A stretch of DNA of 64,000 nt from a virus: positions 1-64,000 of IMG/VR virus record IMGVR_UViG_3300036800_000031; one strand, given 5' to 3'. The notes beneath the pieces are model-generated. The model worked only from the letters and a program-made list of their open reading frames with translations, was not told the origin of the DNA and made no database searches. Shown one piece after another: positions 9,064-18,459 of this stretch. Made by a program: the position numbers and the translations under genes. How positions within the stretch are numbered: position 1 is the stretch's first letter; every line of letters begins with the position of its first letter.

Positions 9064-9527
9064 TCCCCGGTCCCTAGCGCCGGGAGCATGGTCGGCATCT
9101 TGCCGGTCTTGTAGACCTCCGTGATCTGCGGTTGCATCCACTCTCCGGCGGTGCGCCCGTCAGGGAGGACGGTGTGGGCGAGGAACTCGTCCTCAAAGGT
9201 GCTGATCTCGCTCTCTACGGCTTCCAGCTTCGCTTTGATGCAGAGGGCCAATGCCCTCCACTTCTGGCGACACGCCTGTTCCCAGGCTTTCAGCGCGGCT
9301 TCATTGGTCCGCTGACCGCGAGAGTGGAACATGAACTCGTCATCGCCCCGGCCGGGGAGGGTGAGAGTGAACCGGATGCGCCGGTCGCTAGCGGCGAACT
9401 CGATAACCGCCATGCTCCCGCTCCACCCGTACATGAACTGGTCGGCTCCGTAGCGTTGCAGGGTGCGTTCGATCTCCCCCCGGCTCGACTCGGTACTGAC
9501 GGTCGTGTTGGCAGCGTACTTAGTCAC
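9060..9527 (-). CDS. conserved phage hypothetical protein
   Basis: YA..T.VS.E.SR.EIERTL.RYGA...WRAL.L.IKAKLEAVE..I.TFE.EFLAH pattern, common in phage replication regions. Confidence 0.75.
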   Translation of the reverse strand: MTKYAANTTVSTESSRGEIERTLQRYGADQFMYGWSGSMAVIEFAASDRRIRFTLTLPGRGDDEFMFHSRGQRTNEAALKAWEQACRQKWRALALCIKAKLEAVESEISTFEDEFLAHTVLPDGRTAGEWMQPQITEVYKTGKMPTMLPALGTGE

Positions 9528-9769
9528 TTCTTCCAGTCCTTTGCATCGACACAGGTTTGGAAGTGGCTGGTGTAGAGCGGCGAAGTGTTCGCTTCCAACT
9601 CACTGTCCTTGACAAAGTGAACGAGCTTGTCCCCGTTCGGTAGTAGCCGTTCCTTGCGGAGTCGGCCGGTTCCATCCCCCGGCGGAACAGGGTCGAGCGG
9701 CATCTTCTTCCCGTTCTCGGTCACCACCCAAATCACCGGCTCGTGGCAGCTTCGACACTCCTCACTCAC
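9524..9769 (-). CDS. small zinc-binding phage protein
   Basis: CRSCHEPVIWVVTENGKKMPLD...SHFQTC. Confidence 0.7.
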   Translation of the reverse strand: MSEECRSCHEPVIWVVTENGKKMPLDPVPPGDGTGRLRKERLLPNGDKLVHFVKDSELEANTSPLYTSHFQTCVDAKDWKK

Positions 9770-10092
9770 GACGCTCTCCGGAGCAGTTCTTTCGGGGGCC
9801 GGGCCGGTCCTTCGGGGTTGGCACAGTTCCCCGCCATGCAGGCGCTGTGGATGTCAGGCTCCATCGTTGACCAGCAAGTCCAACAGGCCCCGGTCCCTTC
9901 GTAGGCAATGTCACAAGCCGCCCACCAAACCGCACCGGGGATTTGCCGACGGTTTCCGATGTTCGGCCACCCGTTGCTAGCGGTACCCGACTGGAAAAGT
10001 TCAACGTCCGGGTAGCCCGCCTCCGACATCGCCATCTTCAACCGCTCCATGACCAACTCGGCCGGTGGTGGAATGACTCGGGTGTCGCTCAC
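9766..10092 (-). CDS. hypothetical Cys-containing protein, paralog of 8429-8764
   Basis: same motif set as 8429-8764. Confidence 0.65.
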   Translation of the reverse strand: MSDTRVIPPPAELVMERLKMAMSEAGYPDVELFQSGTASNGWPNIGNRRQIPGAVWWAACDIAYEGTGACWTCWSTMEPDIHSACMAGNCANPEGPARPPKELLRRAS

Positions 10093-10295
10093 CGCTTCGG
10101 CTTCGGATTGAACCCCGCCGCTTCCAATATCTTCGGCTCTACCAACCCGAACCGGCGACACCGGCAGACTGCCTGCTGGATCGTCCGGGCTGTGTAGGGA
10201 GTACCCATCTGCTTCCGGTAGGCCCCTCGGTTGGCCGCAGCCAAGATGGTTACTCGGGCGATTGCCCGGTCCATAGTTCGCTTCATTCTCTCCAT
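10089..10295 (-). CDS. small basic hypothetical protein
   Basis: coupled ORF. Confidence 0.4.
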   Translation of the reverse strand: MERMKRTMDRAIARVTILAAANRGAYRKQMGTPYTARTIQQAVCRCRRFGLVEPKILEAAGFNPKPKR

Positions 10296-10492
10296 CCTTC
10301 CTCGATACGTCTGATGATTTTGTTGATCTCATTGGTGGTCAACTCTCGGTGCTCGGCCCGCGGCCAGAACGTGGTGATCGTCTTCCCGTTGATAAACCGC
10401 TGGACGTAGTGGTCGCCGGGGTGGTCGAGCGTTCCCTGGCACATCGGTTCGGCGCAATAGCCAAGAGCGATGGACACGGCGAGGTCTCTCAT
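10283..10492 (-). CDS. small hypothetical protein
   Basis: TGATG coupling to the helicase stop. Confidence 0.45.
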   Translation of the reverse strand: MRDLAVSIALGYCAEPMCQGTLDHPGDHYVQRFINGKTITTFWPRAEHRELTTNEINKIIRRIEEGWRE

Positions 10493-11739
10493 CAAAAGTC
10501 CCCCTGTGGTGAGGGAGCGGGAGTAACTTTCTTCTTCCAAGCCCCTACCCAAGGCCAGACGTCGCCGTGGCTCAGCGCCACCGGCCAGTCGGTCACCATC
10601 CGGTCTCCTCGGAAGCGTTCCAGCTTCCAGTTGTTGATGGAGGTTTTGTCCGGGCGAAGGCTGATGCCGATTTCCGGCCAGGCCTGCCACTGCTGGCTTC
10701 CATAGGGGCGGAGGTCACGTTGCCCGGCGTAACCGTTCGGGGCGTGGCTTTCGATCAGCAGGCCGAAGCCGTAGCGGGTACGGAGGTCATCCAGAACGGC
10801 CAAGAGTGGGGACGTCGCCTCCTCGTGGCTTTCGGTTCCGCCCCGTTGGCTACGACGGTGAACCATCTTGTAGATCGGGCCGATGCAAACCAGGTCCGGA
10901 CGTTGAAGGGTTATCTCCCGTTCCAACTCCGTCTTGCCGTGACGGGTGCGGGGGTCCATCCCGCCCGGCCGCTCAAAGATTCGGCACCGGGTCGGGTCGT
11001 AGTCGGGGATGTCACGGAGAAGCCGCTGGGCCATCCGGCCTCCGGTTTCAGCGATGGAAGCCGCCGGGTTCTCCAGGTCCACCACGAGGGTGCGAATCTT
11101 CGGGATGGTTTGGAACTTGAACGGGTGAAGCCCGTTCGCTGCCAGCATGGCGATCTGCCGGAGGATCACGCTCTTGCCCTGACCCTCCGAAGCGACGATG
11201 AGCGCCCGCCAGTCGCGGCGGATCATCCCGTCGATAATCCAAGGACTCATGTCGTCGGCGGTAGCGACGATTTCCTCCACGGTCCGCGCCCGTTGCTTGG
11301 ACGTGTCCGCCGGGGAGTCGATCATTCCGAGTTCCGCCGAGAGCCGGTCAGCCACTTCGTAGGGATCGTTGAGTTCCATTGCCGCCGCCGTCGCCTCAGC
11401 ACAAACCATCAACACCCTCCGCGCTGCGGCGTGCCGAGTGACAATACGGGCATACTCCCCGACGTTCCGTACTGACGGGACGCTCGACATATATCCGAGC
11501 ATCGTTGACCGGGCTTCCCCCGACATCTTCGCGGCGTCCCCCACGGTTTGGAGATCGACCGGTTGACCGGTTCCGTGGAGCTTCCTCATGGCAGCAAAGA
11601 GACTGGAGTTGGTCGGGACGTAGAAGTCCTCAGCCTCCACGATGTCGAGAGCGGCCTTCACTGCGTCCCCCGACAAGAGCATCGCCCCGATGAGGTCGCC
11701 TTCCGCTTCGGCGTTGAAGGGAATCGTTCGGATTGTCAC
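10492..11739 (-). CDS. dnaB: DnaB-like replicative helicase
   Basis: DnaB N-domain (PFNAEAE..LIGAMLL...EDFY), Walker A ASEGQGKS, RecA-like core. Confidence 0.85.
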   Translation of the reverse strand: MTIRTIPFNAEAEGDLIGAMLLSGDAVKAALDIVEAEDFYVPTNSSLFAAMRKLHGTGQPVDLQTVGDAAKMSGEARSTMLGYMSSVPSVRNVGEYARIVTRHAAARRVLMVCAEATAAAMELNDPYEVADRLSAELGMIDSPADTSKQRARTVEEIVATADDMSPWIIDGMIRRDWRALIVASEGQGKSVILRQIAMLAANGLHPFKFQTIPKIRTLVVDLENPAASIAETGGRMAQRLLRDIPDYDPTRCRIFERPGGMDPRTRHGKTELEREITLQRPDLVCIGPIYKMVHRRSQRGGTESHEEATSPLLAVLDDLRTRYGFGLLIESHAPNGYAGQRDLRPYGSQQWQAWPEIGISLRPDKTSINNWKLERFRGDRMVTDWPVALSHGDVWPWVGAWKKKVTPAPSPQGDF

Positions 11740-12476
11740 AACGCGATCCGGTTTCCGCTGGCGTCGATGAAGAAGTGCTCATCCCCATCGGGAGTACCCC
11801 GCTCAGCGTTCCACTTCACCTGGTTCCGAATCCAGGTTTGCCAGGCCCGGTCCCACTTCACGAACTTCGTTCCGCGGGCCGCGTGGTAGTCGAGAAACTG
11901 CTGGGTTTCCCGGTCGAGATCGAGAGCTTCACCGCCGTTGCCTTTGGCCCAAGAACGCATGGAAGGGGTGATGGGGAAGGTGTCCGGCGCAGCCGTCTTT
12001 CGAGCCGTTTTGGTAAAGGACGGTTCTAAGGACGAGTCAAAGGACAAGTCGGGCGGTGTCAGACCGCCCCTGACCGGTACCGTAGACCGCCCCTGGATGT
12101 CCTGTAGACCGCCCCTGAGAGGCGGTGTCAGACCGCCCCTGTCAGGCGTGGCTAGACCGCCCCTGGCCGCGTCGCCTTCGGCCATCAACCAATGGGTAAG
12201 GGGGATCGAATACCGATGGGTTCGGTACCGGTCATCACGTTCCAAAGGCCCGCCCATGTGTTCTTCGACTTGAAGCTCTCCCAGGGAAACCAACCCCTTG
12301 ATCTCCCGCTGGACGGTGCGCCGGTTGGTAGCTGACCTTGATGCGATTGTTTCGTGGCTGGGCCAGGCGTTGGTGCCATCGTCATCGGCGCAATCGGCAA
12401 TGACGACCATCACGAGCCTCCCGGCCCCGGTTGACTTTGAGTGACGGAGAACCAGCCCCGTAACGAAACCGCTCAC
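11736..12476 (-). CDS. phage replication initiator (N-terminal wHTH)
   Basis: RLVMVVIADCADDDG..AWPSHETIA...RRTVQREIKGL; C-terminal FLDYH...KWDRAWQTWIRN; internal iterons; adjacent to the helicase. Confidence 0.85.
   Translation of the reverse strand: MSGFVTGLVLRHSKSTGAGRLVMVVIADCADDDGTNAWPSHETIASRSATNRRTVQREIKGLVSLGELQVEEHMGGPLERDDRYRTHRYSIPLTHWLMAEGDAARGGLATPDRGGLTPPLRGGLQDIQGRSTVPVRGGLTPPDLSFDSSLEPSFTKTARKTAAPDTFPITPSMRSWAKGNGGEALDLDRETQQFLDYHAARGTKFVKWDRAWQTWIRNQVKWNAERGTPDGDEHFFIDASGNRIAL
12051..12165. repeat. five AGACCGCCCCTG iterons, probable replication origin
   Basis: copies start at 12061, 12084, 12106, 12130 and 12154; two sit in a GGCGGT-GTCAG-ACCGCC palindrome. Confidence 0.75.
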
Positions 12477-12642
12477 GGCCGTCCTCGGCCGCTCGGTGAA
12501 GGTGTTACTGCGTACATCGAACCTCCTACTGCTCTAGATCGCGTGTCGGGGTCGGGAGTCGGGAGCGGTAGGAAAAAACACCGACCCCGACCCACGATCA
12601 CGCTTGACACACATCGGGAGCAACCCCGATGCCGTTGATACT

Positions 12643-12945
12643 TTACCCCCGGCGGTCGAGAACCTTAACCGACCGGTCCTGCGGAAGTGGGGTTCGTAAA
12701 AACCGCACCCGCCGCGCACTCGCACCGAACGCTCCGACTCCGAACAGCCACAAGAAACTCGCGGCGTAAATCCCCACGGAGAGGAGGTCCGGCCACAGTG
12801 ACAACGCCGTGACCACTCCGATGCCGAAGCCAACCCAAGCGGTCGTCTTTGCCCATTTGCGGCCGCTGTAGTCACTCCTAAGCCCTTGGAAGGGGCACCC
12901 CGGTCCGTTGGTCCGGGGGACTCGTTCCATCCGGTAGGCGGTCAC
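12643..12945 (-). CDS. putative membrane protein
   Basis: two hydrophobic stretches; GTGA coupling. Confidence 0.5.
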   Translation of the reverse strand: MTAYRMERVPRTNGPGCPFQGLRSDYSGRKWAKTTAWVGFGIGVVTALSLWPDLLSVGIYAASFLWLFGVGAFGASARRVRFLRTPLPQDRSVKVLDRRG

Positions 12946-13730
12946 GACGGACTCGGGAGGGGTTCGACCCTCGCCTTGTCGATAGCGATGGAAGCCTCGG
13001 CAGCCGTCAGGTCGTTGAGCGAAGTGATTTCTCTCCCGACGTAGGCGGAAACGACATCGTGGACTTCTTCGTTGTCCACGATTTTCCGGTCGTTCCTCAA
13101 CCGAAGGCGGAGCATGTTCTTCTGCCCCTGGTTGGCGAGGACTTCCCCCTTCTCGTTCACCGGCTCGCTTCCATCAGCCGAAGCGGCTGCTTCCGGTGCG
13201 GGTGCCGCCGTGTCAGTGGCCTTGGCTTTGGTGCGCCGGGTGGAGCTTCGCCGGGTAGTGGTCTGAGCTTCTCCGCTATCGGTAGCGTGAGATTCCTTGT
13301 CCCCGTCGTCCTTCGGGTCCGAAATGCAGAGCAACTCCAACAGGAGGTACTTGTAAGCCGCGGTCTGCGCCTTGTTCGCCCCCTTGTCCGAGTTGTCCCG
13401 GCCGATGCCGAACGTCGTGGCCTTGATGCAGTCGGTGATGCCGCCGGGACCGTAGATTCGCCAGTCCACTTCCAGGAAGGTGTCGGTCCAGGGGTTGGAG
13501 TTGACCACGATGTCCTTCGTCTCTCGGGACCGGGTTAGGGGAACCGTGACGACGCCGTACTTGGCGAACAACTCCTGACACTCAGCCGTGATGTTCTCGA
13601 TGCCCCGGAAGGCGTACTTCACCCCGGCGTTCGGGTCTCGGGTCTTGCCGATGGCGGGGAGTTCTTCCATCACTCGGGCCAACGCTTGGATCACGTTGGT
13701 GGGCATTGGTCGTTCAGCGGATTCAGTCAT
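12942..13730 (-). CDS. erf: ERF-family single-strand annealing protein
   Basis: YAFRGIENI...G.G.DNSDKGANKAQTAAYKYLLLELLCI...DGD. Confidence 0.85.
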   Translation of the reverse strand: MTESAERPMPTNVIQALARVMEELPAIGKTRDPNAGVKYAFRGIENITAECQELFAKYGVVTVPLTRSRETKDIVVNSNPWTDTFLEVDWRIYGPGGITDCIKATTFGIGRDNSDKGANKAQTAAYKYLLLELLCISDPKDDGDKESHATDSGEAQTTTRRSSTRRTKAKATDTAAPAPEAAASADGSEPVNEKGEVLANQGQKNMLRLRLRNDRKIVDNEEVHDVVSAYVGREITSLNDLTAAEASIAIDKARVEPLPSPS

Positions 13731-14488
13731 GCCGTCACCGTTGCCTTCCATGCGTTTTTCGCTGCCTTGTCCAGGGCCTTCATTGTGTCGCTCCTTGCAT
13801 AGTTGTATATGTCCAGCAGCCGGAGGAACATCCCCCAAGCTGTTTCATCGGCGGGGTACTCCTGAAAGTGGAATGTCCCGTCGTCACGCGTGTAGAGACA
13901 CGCTGCGAAGTCAATGTGAGGCAGGGGTTTGAGGTCGATGAGGTCGCCGTTGGCCCCGTAGATGGCCGTCCCGTCGGCGTAGCGGTAGGCGCTGAGTTGG
14001 AGGGTGTGCTCAAAGGGGTTCCGTCGGCCCGTCTTCAAGTCGATCAAACCGATCTTCCCCTTGAACTCCCCGGCTTCCATATGGCTGATGAGGTCGAACC
14101 GACCGCCGTAGCCCATCCGGCTCAGGGCAACCTCCTCCTGACCGATCAACGTCGGGTCGTTCTCCACCATCCACTTGTCCAGCGCATCGACGTGACCGGC
14201 TTCATCGTGGCGCTGGTCGATCTCCTCATCCCGCATGAAGGCTTCCATGTGAGCGTGGATTCGGGAACCCCGTTCGGCCTTCTCATCCCAAACCTGCCGG
14301 TAGTTGAAGCCCTGTCGGGTGAGCTTCACCGCCGCCCCAGCAAACGCTCCCGCCTTACCGTCGTCAAACGCTCCGCTGATGGCGGTGACGTTGACCACCG
14401 GTTTCCCACCGTGCTCCACGACGTACTTGTGATCGTGATGCGCTCGATAGCGGTCGGTCAGTTGCCAGGCCGCTTTTCTCGTTGCCAT
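13727..14488 (-). CDS. PD-(D/E)xK exonuclease (Cas4/RecB-like)
   Basis: VT.I, ERGSRIH, EE, YGGRFD, IDLKTG and LQLSAY motifs; next to ERF. Confidence 0.8.
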   Translation of the reverse strand: MATRKAAWQLTDRYRAHHDHKYVVEHGGKPVVNVTAISGAFDDGKAGAFAGAAVKLTRQGFNYRQVWDEKAERGSRIHAHMEAFMRDEEIDQRHDEAGHVDALDKWMVENDPTLIGQEEVALSRMGYGGRFDLISHMEAGEFKGKIGLIDLKTGRRNPFEHTLQLSAYRYADGTAIYGANGDLIDLKPLPHIDFAACLYTRDDGTFHFQEYPADETAWGMFLRLLDIYNYARSDTMKALDKAAKNAWKATVTA

Positions 14489-14499
14489 GTACCCTCCTT

Positions 14500-14780
14500 G
14501 GGCTTCTACCAGTATACCTACCTATACCTTACTAGGGGGGTATATCAGGGGTCAGTACCAGGGGAGATGTGGCGAGGGGGAGGCCGGGACCCCCGAAGGT
14601 CTACCGACCTCCCCGCTCGCAACAAGGAGGGAACATGACTTCCCTTTGTCAGCCCGCCGGGGGGATGGGTAGACCGGGGGGCGACGGGTTCACTCTACCG
14701 CAAACGCCTTCCCCCCGAGGCTTCGCCTTCTGACCCGGCGTTAGTAGAAAAGTATTCACCCTTATACCTTCGGAGTTACC
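14500..14780. promoter_or_regulatory. divergent control region between the early operon and the single plus-strand gene
   Basis: non-coding; clustered TATACC/GGTATA elements (14513-14545, 14763); AAGGAGG RBS before 14488. Confidence 0.4.
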
Positions 14781-14788
14781 CTTGGCTC

Positions 14789-15070
14789 ATGGTCACGAGA
14801 GAGGAAGCCCAAGCAGCCGGGAGGCGAGTGTTCGCCCCCATTGACGGGATGAGCGAACTGCTCCACCCCCGCCGCCGGACACGGGTCTACTTCTTCGGTG
14901 GCCCGCTGGGCTGGCTGGTGATCGGCTTCGTCATGTTCACCTACATGCTTTTCAAGATGGCGGTGGTCTTCACCATCTTCGCCGTCGTGATTCTCTACCG
15001 GGTGGCGGTGTGGATCACCTACCTCATCCGGGCTAGAACAGGCAACTCACCATCACCCATAGGACGATGA
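14789..15070 (+). CDS. small membrane protein, the only plausible plus-strand gene
   Basis: long hydrophobic stretch; fills the gap between minus-strand blocks. Confidence 0.6.
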   Translation: MVTREEAQAAGRRVFAPIDGMSELLHPRRRTRVYFFGGPLGWLVIGFVMFTYMLFKMAVVFTIFAVVILYRVAVWITYLIRARTGNSPSPIGR

Positions 15071-15368
15071 CTTCCGTGGTCCCTGTCGGGGTGAAGCCGA
15101 TCTTCAACCGGTACTGACGGTCCACCGACAACGCTGCCCCGTTCAGGAGCACTTCCACTACCGTCCCGCTCGCCATTATTGGAGAGAGAGTCTCGGGGAT
15201 CACCTGGTTGGTCTTCACGTCCACCAGTACCGCCGTCGGGTTGATAGCCGCCGCCGCCCCGAGGGATGTCAGGGCCGCGCTGAGGTCGAAGCTCAGCGTC
15301 TCCACTGTGTCCGTCGTGAAGTCGATAGCCGGGGGATCGAACAGGAGCAAGCTAGGGGCGATGTTCAT
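15033..15368 (-). CDS. small beta-rich putative structural protein (cassette B)
   Basis: ATGA coupling; same position in its cassette as 18160-18459. Confidence 0.6.
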   Translation of the reverse strand: MNIAPSLLLFDPPAIDFTTDTVETLSFDLSAALTSLGAAAAINPTAVLVDVKTNQVIPETLSPIMASGTVVEVLLNGAALSVDRQYRLKIGFTPTGTTEVIVLWVMVSCLF

Positions 15369-17347
15369 GGGGTGACCTCCGTGGTCAATGGTTGAGCGGT
15401 GAGAGTGGCCGAGACTGGCTGGCTAGAGAAGAAAGTCACGAGCGGCTGGCTGGAGAGCGTGCTGGAGAGGGCGTGGCTGGTGAACCCGATAGCCCCGTTG
15501 ATGAAGGGTTGCCCGGTGGCCCCCGCTATCACCGAGACGAAACCGGAAGCGGACTCCCGAGCGAAGACGTCCCCGCTGATGCTGACTTGGGCAGTGAGAC
15601 CGCCCGCGATGGCCGGGGTTCCGTCGCCCGCCGCCGTAACCGTGACGAACCCGGCCCCCGTCCCGGTCCAGCCCGCCTGGCCCGACAGCGAAGCGAAGAC
15701 CGTCAGGTTCGCCGTAGCGCCCCCGGAGAAGTCCGGTGCCCCGGTAGCCCCGGCAAACACGCTCAGGGCCGCAGAAGCGATTGCAGAGGCCGGTGGGGGG
15801 TTCCCAAGGACGCTTACGGAAGCCGACGCCGAACCGGTAAGGCCCGGCGACCCGGTAACCGGCGAAGCCACCACCGTGACAAAGCCGACCTGGCCTTGGG
15901 GCGGGACGTTACCAATCGCCAGAACCTCCACCGAAGCGGAAGGGGCGATGGCGACGGTCGGAGTCCCCGAGGAGGAGGCGACGACTGCCATTGCTGCGTT
16001 GGCCGAGCCGGGGATGGCCGGAGTCCCTGAAGCTGAAGCCACCACCCCTACCGCCGCCGTGCCCGTTCCGGGGTAGTTGAGGGTTCCGGCTCCGGAAGCG
16101 ACAACGGAGACCAGGGCCGGTGGAGTCCCGGAGATAGCCGGGGTTCCCGTCGCAGAGGCTATGACGCTGACCGTTCCAGAAGCGGTGCCGGAGAGGGCCG
16201 GGTTGGGTATCGCCGAAGCCACAACGCTGACCGCGGCCGTACCGGCTCCGGGGTAGTTCAGCGTTCCCCCGCCCGCCGCCACAATGCTGACCGCGGCCGA
16301 CGCCGTACCCGTCAGGGCCGGGGAACCGGCAGCCGCCGCCACCACTGAGACTGAAGCGGACGCCGCCGCTGAAGCCGGGATAGCTCCAGCATTGACCGTG
16401 ACCGCCGCCGAAGGGGCGACCGCTATCGCCGGGGTGCCGGAGGCTGCTGCCACCACGCCAACCGAAGCTGAAGGGGCCGCGCTGATCGCCGGAGTTCCGG
16501 CAGCCGAACCGACGACAGAAACCACCGCCGAAGCTCCTCCTGATGCCGGGGGCGGATTGGCAAGGAGGGAGATGGACGCCGAAGCCGTGCCGCTCAGGGC
16601 CGGGTTGGGAGTGGCTGCCGCCAGCAGCGACACCGCCGCTGGTGGAGTCCCGGCGATGGCCGGAGTACCCGAAGCCGCCGCAACGACGCTGACCGCCGCA
16701 GAGCCGCTTCCGGTGACGGACGCCGTGTAAGTGAGGACGACGACGCCCGGCGCTCCTGCGGGGGATGTCGCATTGTTCCACGACCCGCCGCCCCCGCCGC
16801 CGTAGTTGGCTCCGGGGTTACCTACCCCGGCTCCGGACAGCCCCGCCCCGCCCGCTCCCGCCTGCCCGCCGCCCGCCGCTCCCGCCGTACCGGGGAACCC
16901 GGCCGTCGAGTTGCCGCCTGCTCCCGTCGTACCCGCCCCACCACCACCACCACCGCTACCTCCAGCGGAGGCACTACCGCTTCCACCCGCTCGGACGGTA
17001 TCGCCGATGCCCCCAGTGGACGATCCTGCCCCCTGGGTCGATCCAGAGCCGTTGGTGGCTGACGTTCCTCCCTTGGCCAGCGCCCCGTGCGTCGAGGTCG
17101 TAGGGGCCGAGCCGGTGTCGCTCATCCATGAGTCACCCGCCGCCCCTCCCACGGTGAGGGTGTAGGTGTTCCCAGGAACGACGGTGAGGGAGGTCTTCTT
17201 CGCGTACTGCCCACCGGCCCCGCCAGCGCACAGCCCGAGGCTGTAGCCGCCGCCGTTACCCCCGCCGCCGTAAGCCTCGATCTGGACAGAGGTGACGCCC
17301 GCCGGGCACGTCCAGGTTGTCGAGGAGGTATGAGTCTCGGTGGTCAC
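15365..17347 (-). CDS. Gly-rich and Ala/Val-repeat putative virion fibre protein
   Basis: WTCPAGVTSVQIEAYGGGG Gly-rich domain followed by many approximately 20-aa AAVSVVA.ASGTPAI repeats. Confidence 0.75.
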   Translation of the reverse strand: MTTETHTSSTTWTCPAGVTSVQIEAYGGGGNGGGYSLGLCAGGAGGQYAKKTSLTVVPGNTYTLTVGGAAGDSWMSDTGSAPTTSTHGALAKGGTSATNGSGSTQGAGSSTGGIGDTVRAGGSGSASAGGSGGGGGGAGTTGAGGNSTAGFPGTAGAAGGGQAGAGGAGLSGAGVGNPGANYGGGGGGSWNNATSPAGAPGVVVLTYTASVTGSGSAAVSVVAAASGTPAIAGTPPAAVSLLAAATPNPALSGTASASISLLANPPPASGGASAVVSVVGSAAGTPAISAAPSASVGVVAAASGTPAIAVAPSAAVTVNAGAIPASAAASASVSVVAAAAGSPALTGTASAAVSIVAAGGGTLNYPGAGTAAVSVVASAIPNPALSGTASGTVSVIASATGTPAISGTPPALVSVVASGAGTLNYPGTGTAAVGVVASASGTPAIPGSANAAMAVVASSSGTPTVAIAPSASVEVLAIGNVPPQGQVGFVTVVASPVTGSPGLTGSASASVSVLGNPPPASAIASAALSVFAGATGAPDFSGGATANLTVFASLSGQAGWTGTGAGFVTVTAAGDGTPAIAGGLTAQVSISGDVFARESASGFVSVIAGATGQPFINGAIGFTSHALSSTLSSQPLVTFFSSQPVSATLTAQPLTTEVTP

Positions 17348-17390
17348 GCTGGCACCTGTTGTTCGGGCACGTCAGGTGCCCCCTTACCGA

Positions 17391-17702
17391 TCAGGCGATG
17401 CCGTGTGAAGTTTCGTCGCCGGTCACGGTCAGGGCCGGACCGTCGTAGTCCTCGCCGTGGACGAGCTTGCCCAACCGACCCGATGCCTCGTGGGTCTTGG
17501 CGATGTGGAAGGCGACGGCCGGGCCGTGCTCGGCCTTGTCCACTTGGATGTGCTCGGGGGTGACGTCGTAGACGGTCCCGTCGGCGAGGATGACCGAACC
17601 GGTCACCGGGCCGGTCTGGATGACATGAATCTGTCCGTCCGGGCCGGGTGTCCACACGTTCTCGACGGTGCCGTCCGGGTGGTTGACCTTTGTGAGTCCC
17701 AT
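17391..17702 (-). CDS. hypothetical protein
   Basis: AAAGGA RBS; MGLTKVNHPDG... Confidence 0.6.
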   Translation of the reverse strand: MGLTKVNHPDGTVENVWTPGPDGQIHVIQTGPVTGSVILADGTVYDVTPEHIQVDKAEHGPAVAFHIAKTHEASGRLGKLVHGEDYDGPALTVTGDETSHGIA

Positions 17703-17712
17703 CTTCGTCCTT

Positions 17713-18081
17713 TCAGGAAGCCGCGATAGTAAGAGCGCCGATGGCGACGGTGAACGTCCCCGCCGTGGCGAACGTCTGACTGGCCGACAGCGCCCCGCCG
17801 ACTGCGTAGCCGGTGGTGCCGCTGACGGTGGCCGTGTTCCACAGCGAGAAGTGGGTGATGGTGGTGCTGGTCGGGATGTTGCTGACCAGCGAGCCGGTGT
17901 TCGCCATCGAACCGGAGGAAGGTGAACCCCAAGCGACGGCCACTCGGGCGTAGGAGCCTCCCGAGACTTCATTGCTGCCGACGGTGGTCGGGTCGGCGGT
18001 GTTGTAGCCGATGTCGAGGGCTACTCCGTCCAGCCCCCCGTGGAGGCAGGCGTTCTCGCCGATAGCTGATGCTCGTGCCAT
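17713..18081 (-). CDS. small fibre-associated structural protein, paralog of 22224-22589
   Basis: TADP...NEVSGGSYAR motif. Confidence 0.7.
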   Translation of the reverse strand: MARASAIGENACLHGGLDGVALDIGYNTADPTTVGSNEVSGGSYARVAVAWGSPSSGSMANTGSLVSNIPTSTTITHFSLWNTATVSGTTGYAVGGALSASQTFATAGTFTVAIGALTIAAS

Positions 18082-18159
18082 GCCCTGCTCCTTCTAGTCA
18101 GCCGCGTTCTCCGCCCATATGACCACACCGGAGGGCGGTGGTCCGGGGATGGAAGGGGT

Positions 18160-18459
18160 TTACAGGGGGGCGAGAAGGATTTGGAAGGGCTTGGCGTCGA
18201 TGGCCTGGCAGTTCTCAGTCCCGGCCCACAGGTAGTACCAAACACCCGGAGCGAAGGAAGTTGTGTCGATGTCGGCGTGGTAGTTCCCGGTGGCATCACG
18301 GATGATCATGGCCCCGACTCCATAGGTGTAGACCGTCTCGTTCATCGGTCCGGTCCCGATCTTCAACGTCACCACGGTCGGATCAGTGGGCGTCCGAGTC
18401 ACATTGTCGATGAACGCCGCCGTGACGGTGATCAGGGAGTCTTGGAGGTACTGGTTCAT
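18160..18459 (-). CDS. small Ig-like putative structural protein (cassette A)
   Basis: DPTVVTL...TGNYHADIDT...PGVWYYLWAG. Confidence 0.65.
   Translation of the reverse strand: MNQYLQDSLITVTAAFIDNVTRTPTDPTVVTLKIGTGPMNETVYTYGVGAMIIRDATGNYHADIDTTSFAPGVWYYLWAGTENCQAIDAKPFQILLAPL

Noticed and set aside
12051-12165. CRISPR-like repeat
   Set aside because: 12-nt repeats with 10-12 nt gaps inside a coding gene and no cas operon; iterons fit better.
13727-14488. Cas4 indicating a CRISPR system
   Set aside because: No Fe-S cysteine cluster and no array; its position next to ERF indicates a recombination exonuclease.
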